Below are positions 28,013 to 40,882 of a stretch of 64,000 nucleotides of DNA, piece after piece. The stretch's first letter is position 1. The number at the start of each line of letters is the position of its first letter. The notes under the pieces are model-generated. The model saw nothing but the letters and a program-made list of their open reading frames with translations. It searched no databases and was not told where the DNA came from. The position numbers and the translations under genes are program-made. The DNA comes from Gordius albopunctatus (lineage: Eukaryota), in contig OZ193909.1 of assembly GCA_964276515.1 (NCBI GenBank), positions 18,786,001-18,850,000 on the forward strand, given 5' to 3'.

Positions 28013-30680
28013 GTAAGTTTCATGAATTTTCTTATTACCTTACCTTCTCAAAGATTAAGAGTAAAATATATTTTAGGCATCTTAAAAATAGGAATTTCAT
28101 CCCCCTCTAAATCCCAAAAAAATCTTTAAAATCTAATATAATAATTATGGCTAAAATTAAAATATTATTATTTTTCCTTTTACTGAATCATTAATGTTGG
28201 TGCTCTCTCATTCAAATCCTCGCTACTCCCATGACTAATTTATAATCTAATTAAGCATCTACTATCAAAAAATTTTCCGAAATTAGAAGAAAACCTCGAT
28301 TTAATATTGGAAAATAGGTTTAAATATTGCAATTGGTTTAATTACATCTAAGAAAATCTCCTAAATTTTTGTTTTTTATATTATTTTACCGAACGTATTG
28401 TATATAACTATGTAAAAAACTTGCATAAAAAAGCTTTCCTTTAAGCGTATTAATATTTAAAAAAAAATTATTTTTCATTTTAAATTTTGTGAAAATTGGC
28501 TCATCCTATATTTTTGCCATTTATATTGGTAAAGTAGTTAAAACTCATCGACCTGGAAATTAATTAATTAATTTTTTTGACTTTGCTTCCTCATAAATTC
28601 AATGTCAAATCCCTTAAAATTAATTAAATCTATCCTTTTCTGTTTAGTACGGTTTTGAAATTTTTTCAATGTTTACATCGTTAATTCTTCTCAATTTTTA
28701 TTATTTTTTTATGGAATAAAATAAATTTCTATTTCACAGCTTAATAATTAAAAGTCTTTTTGAAAATTTAAATATGTTTTCTCAGTTTTTTTGTAAATAA
28801 CGCTCTCTATTAAAAATATTATTGGATTTTTGTATGTGTATTGTTAAAAATGTAATATTATTTATATTATACCGTTAAATAAACTAAAATCCGAAGGATG
28901 GGCTTACAAAAAATCTATATTGTACTATTCCAAAATTTAGTATTAATAAGCTTATAATTTATGCTAGAGAATAAATAGCTTTCAACTTGTGCTTTCTTCA
29001 CTTTATGGGCCAAGATGAAAAAATTATGATTGCCTTTTAATGCCGTGAATCAATTATAGATTACGATTTAAATTTTCTTGCTTTTACGGTTAAATAAACA
29101 ATTAACTCACAATCAATAAATTAGAAAAATAAAATTTAATTAAATTGATTATTTTCGAAAATCTAAAAATAAAAAAAATTATTTATTCTTTGTTGTAATA
29201 TTAAAGATCCGAAACTAAAAAATCAATATTACACATTATTCTTAAAAGTAGTAATTTTAAAGTATTATATTTTAATAATATGTGTATTTTATGCTAGTTT
29301 CTAATTAAAAATATCGTTGCAAAATTATTTGCACATAAATTTATTTTTTTATATTTTAAAAACTAAATGTAAGTTTTATCTTATAAAGGGATATTTTTCT
29401 ATAATAACCGGCTAATTTTACAGTTTTTATTTGCAATAACATGTTAAATTATTAAGCGTTTAAAGAAATAGGGGTCGGGTTCTCATCTCATCGTATCTTA
29501 GCTAATAAAGACAAATGACGAGATCTTAATAAACGAAAACTTAGTTTAAAAACTTAACTTTGTGTTTGGATGAGAAATAGACTATGATTATTCAATAATA
29601 CACTATTAAAAGAGTTATTCCATCGAAAAATCTGTCTTTTACGGGTATATCGGTCAGATTGCCATTTTTTTGCATCCTCTAGGTTTTTTATAAGAAAACA
29701 ATTATGGATTTTAGTTGGTAAACACTAAAATAGAAGAAGTATAGCCCTAATTGGGCAATAGAGATTTGAGGGGGGGGGGGCAAATAGTGAAAAGTTAAGG
29801 GATTTATCCCCCCTAACAATGCTAACTAGCCCCGGGCATTTTTAAAATTTTTAGGATTTTTTATGCGTTCGAAAGAATTTATAAAAAATGAGCTTTTTTT
29901 CCAATTTTTATTTCCCTAGTGGATATAGACTGTAAAAATATATTTCAATAATAAAATAATAAAAAACTTTTTTAGTGTTTTGAAGCGTGATTTAATTTTT
30001 CATGGCTATTTAGTCCCCGGTCTTCCCTATTTATAATTCTTTCATAGTCTAATAATACAATGAGCACTGCTGAATGCTGATATTATTAAGCAAGGGGTAA
30101 AAGTCGCATATTTGAGGCTATATTAACAAACTTGACTATAATCCCCCAAAACTTTCCTTGTTTAAAGTTGTAATTCTATACGCAATTAACAGTGAACTCG
30201 AAGTAAAAAATCTGTAAAAAATTGTGCAATCTACGTTAAAATGCTGGAAAATAGTTTCATTTTTGGAAAAAATAGCACACATTATGATGAAATTCGTCAT
30301 TTTCGTTATTTCCATTTATTTTTGTTATACACCACAAAATCAATACCTTTTTATATTTCCATGCGTAAAATTTGAATGGGGATATCCTAATACTTAATTA
30401 AAAGAGCAAACAGAGAAAGCCCGTATCCAGCTGCTGGATTAAGTGTATTAGCGGTGTGTTTTAGTCATGTTTAATTAGTGGATTTCCCCCCCCCAACTTA
30501 ATGTCGCGACCCTAAAGCTCATTATAGCTAAGCCACATTTCAATTAGCAGAGTTGATGACACTTTACATACAAAACATTATTTAACCTCGTTTATTTCCG
30601 TTCCTTTTTAAGATTTCCAAACATAATAAACTCCAAAAAGTCGTCCAAATTTGTCAACAATCATAATTATTAGTTTATAT

Positions 30681-32146
30681 TAAACTCGGGCCTTCGGCCC
30701 TCGTGGGAAGGGGGAAGGGGAGGAGGGGAGGGGAGGGAAGGGGGAACTCATCTACACTCCGTATAAATGTATCATATTTGCTATGCAATTTATGGGCGAG
30801 AAAGGTGGGAAGGGGTGAGAATGCCTATAGGCGGGGGGGGGGTATTAAATGTAAAATAATTAGTTAATTATTAATACAATAAAACACCACAATGTTAAGA
30901 ATTTGCAGAATTGTTGGGAGAAATTTTTTGTTGAATTTGAACAATTTTTAATTAAAAAAATCAAAAATTTGGCCAATGGTCATTTCTTCTGCATTGGTCA
31001 GTACCAACAGATACTCTATAAGTCAATGATAGCCAAAAAAACGGGAAAAAAATTTTGATGCTCACTTTGGCAAATGGTCATTTTTTCCCATTGGTCAGCA
31101 GCCAGCACACGGTAAAAGTGGATATAAATTCATAAGAGTAAAAAAAAACGAAAAAAAAATTTTCGAATCACATTTTGGCCAAAGGTCATTTTTTTCCATT
31201 GGTCAGCAGCCAGGACACGGTAAAAGTGGATATAAATTCATAATAGTCAAAAAAAACGAAAAAAAAGTTTTCGAATCACATTTTGGCCAATGGTTATTTT
31301 ATTCCATTGGTCAGCAGCCAGCGGACGGCAAAAAGTCAATGGTCATTTTATTCCATTGGTCAGCAGCCAGCGGACGGCCAAAAAGTCATAATAGCAATGG
31401 TAGGAACAGGAACAATCATAATAGTCAAAAAAAACGAAAAAAATATTTTCGAATCACATTTTGGCCAAAGGTCATTTTTTTCCATTGGTCAGCAGCCAGG
31501 ACACGGTAAAAGTGGATATAAATTCATAATAGTCAAAAAAAACGAAAAAAAAGTTTTCGAATCACATTTTGGCCAATGGTTATTTTATTCCATTGGTCAG
31601 CAGCCAGCGGACGGCAAAAAGTCAATGGTCATTTTATTCCATTGGTCAGCAGCCAGTGGACGGCCAAAAAGTCATAATAGCAATGGTAGGAACAGGAACA
31701 ATCATAATAGTCAAAAAAAACGAAAAAATAAACTCGGATACACATTTTGGCCAATGGTCATTTTTTTCATTGGTCAGCAGCCAGCGGACGGCCAAAAAGT
31801 CTTATTATCATTGATAGTAACAAGAACAATCATAAGAGTCAAAAAAAACTCCGGGATTCTAACCCAAAAACTAGATAAATTGCATAGCAATTATTAAAAA
31901 GTATAGGGTAATTATCAATGTTAACCTATTCAAAAACGAACAAAAAATTTCGATTTATTTGGCCAATGGTAATTTTTTTCAATGGTCAGTAGCCTGCGGA
32001 CGGTCAAAAAGTCATATTATCAATGGTGTTAAAACAATATATTAATTTAATTTAAAAAAAGCTGGCACCAATAACTTGGTGGATGGACGACGGACAGACG
32101 GACGACGGACAACCAAAAACGAGCCCATAAATTGCATAGCAATTAA
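30681..32146 (-). mobile_element. Helentron-associated/DINE-1-like non-autonomous element with expanded central tandem array
   Basis: Perfect 20-bp subterminal inverted repeat TTGCTATGCAATTTATGGGC (30778-30797) / GCCCATAAATTGCATAGCAA (32123-32142); hairpin GGGCC-TTC-GGCCC (30688-30700) at one end; GGAC/AGAC microsatellite (~32085-32110) near the other; T/A-rich flanks and no TSD. Confidence 0.7.
30965..32020. repeat. Complex tandem array with 286-bp higher-order period
   Basis: About ten copies of the core GGCCAATGGTCATTTTTTTCCATTGGTCAGCAGCCAG. Near-identical blocks are offset by 286 bp (ORF-track starts at 31283 and 31569 are identical). Confidence 0.9.
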
Positions 32147-32466
32147 TAATCAATGAAAAAACTTTTAAAAATTAAAAAGAATTAGGTTTTACCCTGATTG
32201 AACTTTTAAAAGTTTCGCCCACCCCTATTCCAAAACCTTGCTAAGCCCAGGAGTCTAGCTAATATTTGAATTATAGAGAGGATAACACATTTTTGGAAAT
32301 TATTTAGGGAGTAATAAAATGAAAATATTTTGAATTTTTGACCATAAAATTATTAAAAATATACGCAAATTATATAAATATACGCTTAATAATCCAATTC
32401 TCAATTTGAAACACCATGGGCATAGCCAGCAGAATTAGGATTATAGGAGGACAATAATGATAATTT

Positions 32467-34052
32467 AGTCGAGGCTATATCATCTCAGTGTATTCTGGAT
32501 TTAAATGTTTGGTATCTCGACGACGCCACCCTATGTGGCCGCCCGGAGGAGATCAGTAAAGCTATACAAATTATCAACAATTTTAAACCCACTCTGAATC
32601 TTACATTAAACTCGAAAAAATGTGAAATCTTTCAGGCCCCCAACACTATTGACTTTCCAATTTTTAAACCTTTTTTAGTTTTAGAGAAGGAAAACATATC
32701 CCTTTTGGGATCACCCATTGGCGGTGAAAAATCTCTCCTAAATTTTCTTCATAAGAACCTTGAAATTTTAAAATCTAAAACGGAACTTTTAAAATGCTTG
32801 CCAGCGCATCACTCATTTTACATAATCAAAAACTATTTTAACATCTCAAAGATTAATCATTGTTTTCGCTCATCTGGCGCATTTTTACACCTAGACGTTT
32901 TAAAGTCGTACGAAGGCTTTTTAAAAACGTTATTAGAAAAAATTTTAAATTTAAAATTTAATACTAACAATTGGATTCAAGCATCCCTCCCAACCAAATC
33001 TGGAGGATTAGGAATTCGCCCTCCCGGCAGCATATCGCTAGCCGCTTTTATTTCCTCTTTTAAGTCGGTCCAAAACTTAATTTCTAATCTCATAAAACAT
33101 GATTCCGACCCCCTGCTAACTCAAGCCTCGGAGCTTTGGAATTTGAATGTCACACCCGAGACCATCCAACCTCAAAGTACGAGACAAAAGGATTGGGATT
33201 CTGGACTAGTATCGCGCTCCGTTGATTACCTCTTATCGAGCAGCGATGATAGCCAGCATTACAACCTTAGGTCCCTCGCTTTTGACGGTTCCGGTCACGA
33301 GTGGCTTGAAGCCTATCCCAGCAAACTTTTGGGAATGCTGCTTGAAGACTTTGAGCTATCATATTCCATAGCTTTAAGGTTGGGGATTAGTTACAGCAGA
33401 GAATTCAACTGTCAAAACTGCTTTACCGTTGTAGACGAATATGCTAGGCACCCTCTACACTGCCTAGCAAACAAATATAAATACGTTAGGCACACTAAAG
33501 CTAATTTATTAATTCAAGCTGCCCTTAAAAAGGCCAAAATCCCCTCAATCCTTGAGCCGTCAGATCCCTCTCTTGAAGGTAGGATGCGCCCTGACGGCTC
33601 TTCTCTAGTCCCCTGGCAAAATGGCCTATCCCTCAAATGGGATTTTACTTGTATTGACCTTTTTGCACCTTCCCATTTTAATTACGACCCTATCGCTACA
33701 GAAGAAGGACGTAAAACTACAAAGTATTCCGCCCTTTTGGCATCCAATATTTTTATCCCTGTCGTTGCCACGTGCTCTGGTTCCTTTGGAAAACAGGCAA
33801 TGGGGTTTTTTAAAGAAATCGGAAAACGCACCCCGAAATCTAAAATTTCTGCGTCCTTTTTACTCAGGCAACAACTAGGGATTCTTGTTGCACGATACAA
33901 CTTTAAATCATTTGCCGACTCATGGCCCATTTTAGAAGAGAATGATATAAATCTTTGTATTTAACCAATATGTCTTTATTTTTGTATTTCGCTTATTAAT
34001 GTAACTTTGTTTCTTGAAAATAAACTTTTTAACAAAAAAAAAAAAAAAAAAA
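32467..34052 (+). mobile_element. 5'-truncated CRE-like (RLE-type) non-LTR retrotransposon, intact reading frame to stop at 33964
   Basis: Frame is open from ~32465: NVWYLDDATL (RT catalytic motif), LNSKKCE, LLGSPIG, ASLPTKSGGLGI, IALRLG, CQNC-x9-HPLHC zinc knuckle, RH, RPDG, WDFTC, EGRKTTKY, FIPVVATCSGSFG (PD-D/ExK endonuclease). Short 3' UTR, AATAAA ~34019, A19 tail 34034-34052; possible AATTT TSD. Confidence 0.92.
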
Positions 34053-34622
34053 TTTTGGAAGGGGCAAAAGAATCATTATTTGAAATTTCAGTCCTATTTA
34101 TATTAAATTTTAAAGCTTTTTTGGATTTTGAAGGGGGAGCCGCCCTCCCTGCCCCCCCCCTAGCTACGCCCGTGCCTCACATAATAATGCGCTATAATAT
34201 TCAATTATTCAATCTTAACCTATAAATAGTGTTGTAAAAACGGCTTGTTTTTGTTGATTCGACCTTTGGTTTTAGTCGATTAGCATCCATTTTCATTTTC
34301 GACTTCAAGGCTTAGTCGAAATTTGAAGAATAGACCAAAGGCCAACCAAATAAAACCCTGGAATTTTTACAGCACTACCTATAAAAACATGCTAAAATTA
34401 GGAGGCGAAGATCTAAGGCTTTAGCAAATAAAAAGGGGCTGCTAAACACACTGAGATAATTGTCCCATTTGGTGCAAACATAGGGAGGGATTAACCCTTC
34501 ATCAATCACGACAGGCGGGAAGAGATTTGTGTTAAATGCCATTCCACAGGATTAATAAGTCTCAATTACTGTATTTTGGTAGTAGCCCCTAATCAAAGGG
34601 TCGGGAACCCAGCTCAACTATA

Positions 34623-35226
34623 TTAATTGCTATGAAATTTATGGTCTCGCTTTTTTTGTCCGTCCGTCCGTCAACGTTCTTACACCGTCTTTCAAGACTT
34701 TCTGGTTCAATCCCCGGAGAGGACAAATTTTTTTAAATTAAATTAATATTTTGTTCTTGTTAATACCATTGATTATATGACTTTTTGACCGACCGCTGGC
34801 TACTGACCGATAAAAAAATGACCATTGGCCAAATTGTGAATCGAATTTTTTTTTTTCGTTTTTGAATTGGTATATTAGGTTAACATTGATTATTACCCTA
34901 TGCCCTCCCCTATAAGGGCCTATGCCTCTACTAATGTGGGTTCGAATCCCACAGGGGGCAAATTCTTAATTGCTGGTTCGACACCCGGAAAGGACAAATT
35001 TTTTTTAATTAAATGGAAATTTTGTATAAATAATTAACTAATCATTTTCCATTTTATACCCCCCTAACCCTATAGGCATTCTCGCCCCTTCCCACCTTTC
35101 TCGCCCATAAATTGCATAGCAAATATGCTACTTTTATACAGAGTATAGAAGAGTTTCGTTCCCCCTTCCCTTCCCCTCTTCCCCTTTCCCCCTTTCCCTT
35201 TCCACGAGGGCCTAAGGACTGAGTTT
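34623..35226 (+). mobile_element. Helentron/DINE-like element, opposite orientation to 30681-32146, with a single repeat unit
   Basis: TTAATTGCTATGAAATTTATGG, then (GTCC)n, inverted GCCCATAAATTGCATAGCAA at 35103-35122, a C-rich tract and decayed terminal hairpin GAGGGCCTAAGGACTGAGTTT. Contains T-arm-like GTGGGTTCGAATCCCAC. Confidence 0.7.
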
Positions 35227-37235
35227 TTATTTTTTAATTTAAAAATGCTTTGGTCTAAGTTATTTTAATGTTTGGTATCATGGGTGTAGCCGGGGGGGGG
35301 GGGGGCAGGAACGGGCGGCTGCCCCCTTCAAAATCCAAAAATTTGTTGAAATTTATTAAAATTCATGGTGGCTAAAATTTTAAAAAATGTTTTTTATTTT
35401 GCCCCTCCCTAAATCATTATTCCTCTAATTCCAATGCTAGCTACGCTCACGCTTGGAATTAACAATTCTTATGACAGACACCCTTAGAAATTTTTTAATG
35501 TTAAAATGCTTTTATTCGGTAAAATTGATACATGAAATATACAATAAACGAGCTTAAAATAATATTATAAATAAAAAAAATTATTCATCACATTCGTCAA
35601 TAGCCAACACAGGGTGATTTATAACGGTTGTCTAAAGTCCTGCAGACTTTTTTCCAACCAGAATCCGATCGGATTAATAAGACTTGATCCAAACTTATTA
35701 TCTTAAATTATAAAAAACTAAACTTTACATCCATGATATTATGTTAAATGCAGCGGCTTTTAGATTTTTTCCCCAAAAAATTTCTAGGAAAAATATGAAA
35801 GATACAGGCCAAACCTAAACCCCGCTCAAAACTAGTTTTTATTTAATTTACCAAACTTGAAGAAAGTGTCGAGTTTAAGTCTTAGGCTTAATTAAAAATC
35901 AAAATTGTAATTTCTTAATGTTTAGGAAATACAATAAATTTAAAAAATAAATAAATTATTAATCAATAAATATGCACACGTTAATTAGAAAGCAGTTAGG
36001 ATATGACTTTTATCAGGCCATATCATTAAGGTTCCCATTTCAAAACTTATTATATACAGTCTCATGGGAGTAGCCAAGGGGGGATAGCGAGGGGCTACTG
36101 CCCCCTTCAAAATCCAAAAATGTGTTAAAAATTATTAAAATTATGGCCAAAATTTAATAAAATGATCAGATGTTTAGTCTTTTAGGCCCAAGCCTATTGG
36201 AAATTTATTTTTATAATAAATAAATATGGGTAAACTTGGAAAAAGTTTTTATATTACAACTCGAGCTTTAAGCCTCAAAATGGATTAAATAATCAACCAC
36301 GGGTCTGGTCAAGATTTTAATTTGTTAAAGTTATTGATAAAGATTTATGAAAGGGTAAAATGATGTCTTTTTGAGAATTTTAATGTTCACTTTAAATAAA
36401 ATAATTTTTAATTTTTATGGGTTATGTGGTAGGCAGGGGTTAGCAGAGAGGGGTGGCTGCCCCCTATAAATCCAAAAATTCTTCAAAATTAAATATATTT
36501 ATGGCCAAAATTAGTGAACAATATCATTTTGCCCCTCCGTAAATCATTATTGCCCCCCCCCTCTATATCCAATCCTAGCTATTTTTATTTTTAATTGAAT
36601 ATGTATAGAAACTATATTTCTAATTTTCCACTACTTTTCTCTAATTTTTTTCATAATATTATACTTTTAACATGGTAAAAATTTTAAAAAAACTCTTTGT
36701 AAACTGACTGTCATATGTCAAAAAACTTTTTATTTCGAAAAAATCCAAAATTAAATCTCAATTTCATTTTTTAAGCTAATTTTGTTAAAAAATTTCCAAA
36801 TTCTATTATGTTAGTGTATTATTTAGAGAAATGCACACGCTAAACCATGGTTAGTGATCTTCAATATCATTGGGGGCCTTAATCACTTGCACCTCGTTTT
36901 TTAATCACAAATTTTAATAAAAATTTCATGATTAATATTAAATCATGATAAAAAATAGTAAAAAAGGGTATATAATACGTCTAGATTTTCTTATACTTAG
37001 CCCCTTTGATTTTTGAGCGATGGATCCTAAAATTCATTTTAATCCATCTTACATTGGATAAATATTTATTTTTTCGTGTTTTAAACGAATAATAATGAAT
37101 CTTTACAAGATATGAGAATTGATTCCCGTTTTATATTACGATTTTTTTGACATGCTAACCTTCGATTAACTATAATAAGTTACAACTTAATCTAATTTAA
37201 CTAGCGATTTGTTGCTCCTCTCAGGCTATCAATAC

Positions 37236-37438
37236 TAGAGTTGTTAAATTGCTAACTTTCTTCAACTCCAGCTCCCATCTGCTCGAGTTTCTGCTCGGTC
37301 CTCGAGCATTTTTATATGCTACTGCTCCGCCTAGTGCACCAAACAGCGAGCACATATTGTGATAACGCGCATATTAAGCAACTCAGTGTGCGTGCTCGCG
37401 TCTGGAGTTTGAAGAAAGTTAGCAATTTAACAACTCTA
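37236..37438. mobile_element. Young hAT-type MITE
   Basis: Perfect 30-bp TIR TAGAGTTGTTAAATTGCTAACTTTCTTCAA and perfect 8-bp TSD ATCAATAC (37228-37235, 37439-37446). Confidence 0.92.
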
Positions 37439-38334
37439 ATCAATACCACTAAACTAACGTTAAATTTAAAATAATTTAATGTGTATAACGAATTTTAATG
37501 CTTTAAAAGAAGTGTAAACTAATTTGTAGAAATTAATTTTCTATCGTTATTTATAAACGAGGACTACTTTTTGATTATTTTTTTAGTAGACCAAAAGTAA
37601 AATATGTTATTTAAAAATATAAAAGGATGGAAATAATAATATATATTTCCAAAATAAATTAAATCGATTGTCTTTAATTTTTAAAATTAAATTAAATGAA
37701 TCAAATAATATTATAACATTTAATTTTAATTAAGTTGCTAATTTTTATTGGTGGTAACTTAAATCTGTAACCCAGGTGCAGTTTTACGAGACAACACCAC
37801 AACTTCCAAAATGACATTTAATCCATTTCAATCAAGCAGCAAACAATTCGAGGTTTTTTAAATTAATTAATGTCAGTAAAAGAAAAGTTTAATTTTATTT
37901 AATTAAATTTTCATGGGTTTCTGTTTAAAGAAATATCTTCTATTTTATGAATCTTACCATAGCTATGTCCGAAATCATAATAAAATAAGGGAAAAGTAGT
38001 TATTTTTTTGTTAAAGATTGACCAATTTATTCAATCTCATATAATAAAAACGTCAAAGAAATCAATTTAACGCACCAAAATTGCTCATTTCTTGTTTTAA
38101 ACTCCTTGAAACTTTAGTTATTTTTAAGATCTCGAGACGAAAAAAAACACACGTAATTTTGGGAAATAATTGGTAATAAGGTGACATTTTTATTAGATTT
38201 GACAACTCAAGATTTTACAATCTTACCATACTAATTTATCACGTCTACAATCTATAAAAGCATTGTCCTTTTCATCGATTACATAGCAAAAAATATTATT
38301 ATAAATAATTATATTTTTCTTTATCAACTATTTG

Positions 38335-38505
38335 GTCTTCATCCATCTTGATCGGGTGAGGATACCATGTCTTGATCAATCTTCTTCGATTTCATAACTT
38401 TGTCCACGTGCCCTTTCCACGTGACACGAGGTCGTCATCTTCCTCGGTACCTCCATGTCCAGTACTTTTCGATTTCTTCTTAATATATGCCCATATCACC
38501 TTAGC
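38335..38505 (-). mobile_element. Short 3' fragment of the RTE family
   Basis: Reverse complement AATCGAAAAGTACTGGACATGG...TGTCACGTGGAAAGGGCACGTGGACAAAGTTATGAAATC matches ~10830-10950. Confidence 0.8.
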
Positions 38506-39872
38506 CCAATAATACTTAAGATAATTATAATCTAAGATTAAATTAATAATAGCGTCTTTAATATATAATTATTAATTATTATGCAACTAAAAGTAAAAAA
38601 AAACATCGATTAATCTAGTATGTTTTCGGTATAATATTATTAAGTTTTTGCTTGTAAATTATATTAATTAAACCATTAATTAATAGTGTAATCTTATTTA
38701 TTACAATTCATAATTAACAAAATCCTAGTTGGAGTAATAGTATTCCCCTATCAATTTGTTTAGAATTAATTAGCTAAGATCCTTATCACATCAATAACTT
38801 ATATCATTTATTTAAAGATAACTTCTTTTTTGGAGTCAAAAGACGTAATGCCGCCAATCCTTTAAACAATTGTTTATAGAATTGCAAAAATATTTATTTT
38901 TCATCGGTGACAAAGGAAAAATGATATAGTCTTCCTCTGGCCTTAGCTATGGATTTTACCTATTAAAATGCTAATTGAATTAGATGGTAAAGAAAGTAAG
39001 AGATATTACCATAAATTATAGTTTAGTGTGCTTGGCATAAAAGAAGAGTAAACTTATTTTTCACTTTTTATCCACATGTAAGGTTGAAATCTATTTCATT
39101 TATATATTATTAATATGACATTCATGACTAGTTATGAATGTCATAATTATAATTTATTGAAATATTAAAGGATTTTTTGGATTTAGGGACTGAACACTTC
39201 CTTTTCCTCATTCCACTTTGGCTAAGCTTACGTTTGACAAGCTTCCTGTATCTGCATAAACTTTATAGAAAAACTCCTTCTTTTTCCCCTGAAATAAGTT
39301 TAATAATTGTTATAAAACATATATGATGCGAAGAGAAATGAAATAAATAAAAAAGTTAAGTTTGTGAATATTTGGAAAACATTCAGAGGGATGTTTATAA
39401 AATGAGTTCACGATTATCATGGGATAGCAAAGAAATTTGCTATCAAAAAAAAATAATTTAAAGGTTTGGGGCCAATGGCTTTAAGTCATGGGCACATGAA
39501 AGGTGGGGGGGCAGAGAGATTTGTTGAAATTTAGTAAAATTATGGTGGCTAAAATTTGAAAAAATGTTCATTTTTTCCCTCTCTAAATCATTATTTCCCC
39601 CTCTAATTCTAATGTTGGCTACGCCCATGATTTAAGTAATTATCGCAATGGGAAAATTTTCACTATTTTAAAAATTCGAGTGCCCCTGATGAAGAGAGAT
39701 TTAAATAAATAGAGGTCTTGGGGGAAAATATGAAAAGCATGTTAAAATTTTTTATTTTTGTCAATAATATAATCTAAACTTTTATTTAAATTCTGCTTAA
39801 AGATTTTTGCTTTAAAAATAGCAAAATACTTTGAGATCAAAATTAGATATCATTTCCTCATCTTAGGTTCCT

Positions 39873-40882
39873 TAGTGATGCGGAAAAACCGAGAAAAATC
39901 TCGGCCTCGGATTTTGAAAATTTGAGTCGAGATAGAGACGAGATTTTATCGGCGAGATCTCGACTTTAATTTTTATCTATTAAGTCTTCATCTAGCTAAT
40001 TAAGAATTTTTATTTTATGAGATTTAAATTTAGGGTATATAATGCAAATTAATATGATTTCGAAACTTTTGATAGTAATTACTTACGCACCTAATTATCC
40101 GCTTCGCGCAAATTTCTAATTTGCAATATAATCTTAATAGACATAGTGTTAGTAGCCCTTTGGGTATTTGTTACTTATTTGTATAGCTTATATAATATAA
40201 AATTATTTAGACCTATAATGAGTTTATGCGCATCAAGTTCATCATCCAACACAAAAAAGAGCAAGCTGCTCAAACATTTTACAGTATCCAAGGATGAATC
40301 AAATAAATTGGAGAATTGTAAATTGTGCTTTAAAGAAAATTTTATATTTAAAGTTATATATGTGCAATTAATGTAAGATCTCAAAACTGTTATGCTCTTC
40401 CAACAGAAATGCCTATTTTATTGTATTTACAATGTTAAGATAATTACTTGTTATTAATAATGATATCTTCAAAAGCTTACTCTCGCATTTTTGTCATTAT
40501 TTTAACGTTATTATATAAGATCTCAATATATTCATTATGTTTGAATATGATGATATTATTAAGTTTTATCCTTTTATTGAGCCTTAGCCAGGAAATGAAA
40601 GTTATTGTTTAGCAACTTTATACCTTCGAGGCAAAAGTAGTATATATAACACCTCCAATAATGCTTCCTGCCTCAAGATACCTATCTAGCTTGTGTTTTG
40701 GGGTTTGAGATAAAAAATTGGTTCCATTATGACCAATTTATATCTTATATAATAATTTATAAGAGTCAGAAAAAATATAAGATATAATTATTTTTAAAAG
40801 TCGAGACGAGAATTCTCGTCGAGACGAGACGAGATCGAGATTTTAATAATTGCACCCGAGACGAGACGAGATCGCAACACTA
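39873..40882 (+). mobile_element. Non-autonomous hAT element with GAGAC subterminal repeats and BED remnant
   Basis: TIR TAGTGATGCG / CGCAACACTA; 8-bp TSD AGGTTCCT / AGGTTCTT; ORF 40146-40376 contains KKSKLLKHFTV...NCKLC (decayed BED finger). Confidence 0.82.

Noticed and set aside
30965..32020. CRISPR-like array, or 204-aa/81-aa protein genes (ORFs 31283, 31569)
   Set aside because: The intervening segments are themselves repeated, the context is eukaryotic with no cas genes, and the ORFs are by-products of the tandem array within a TE.
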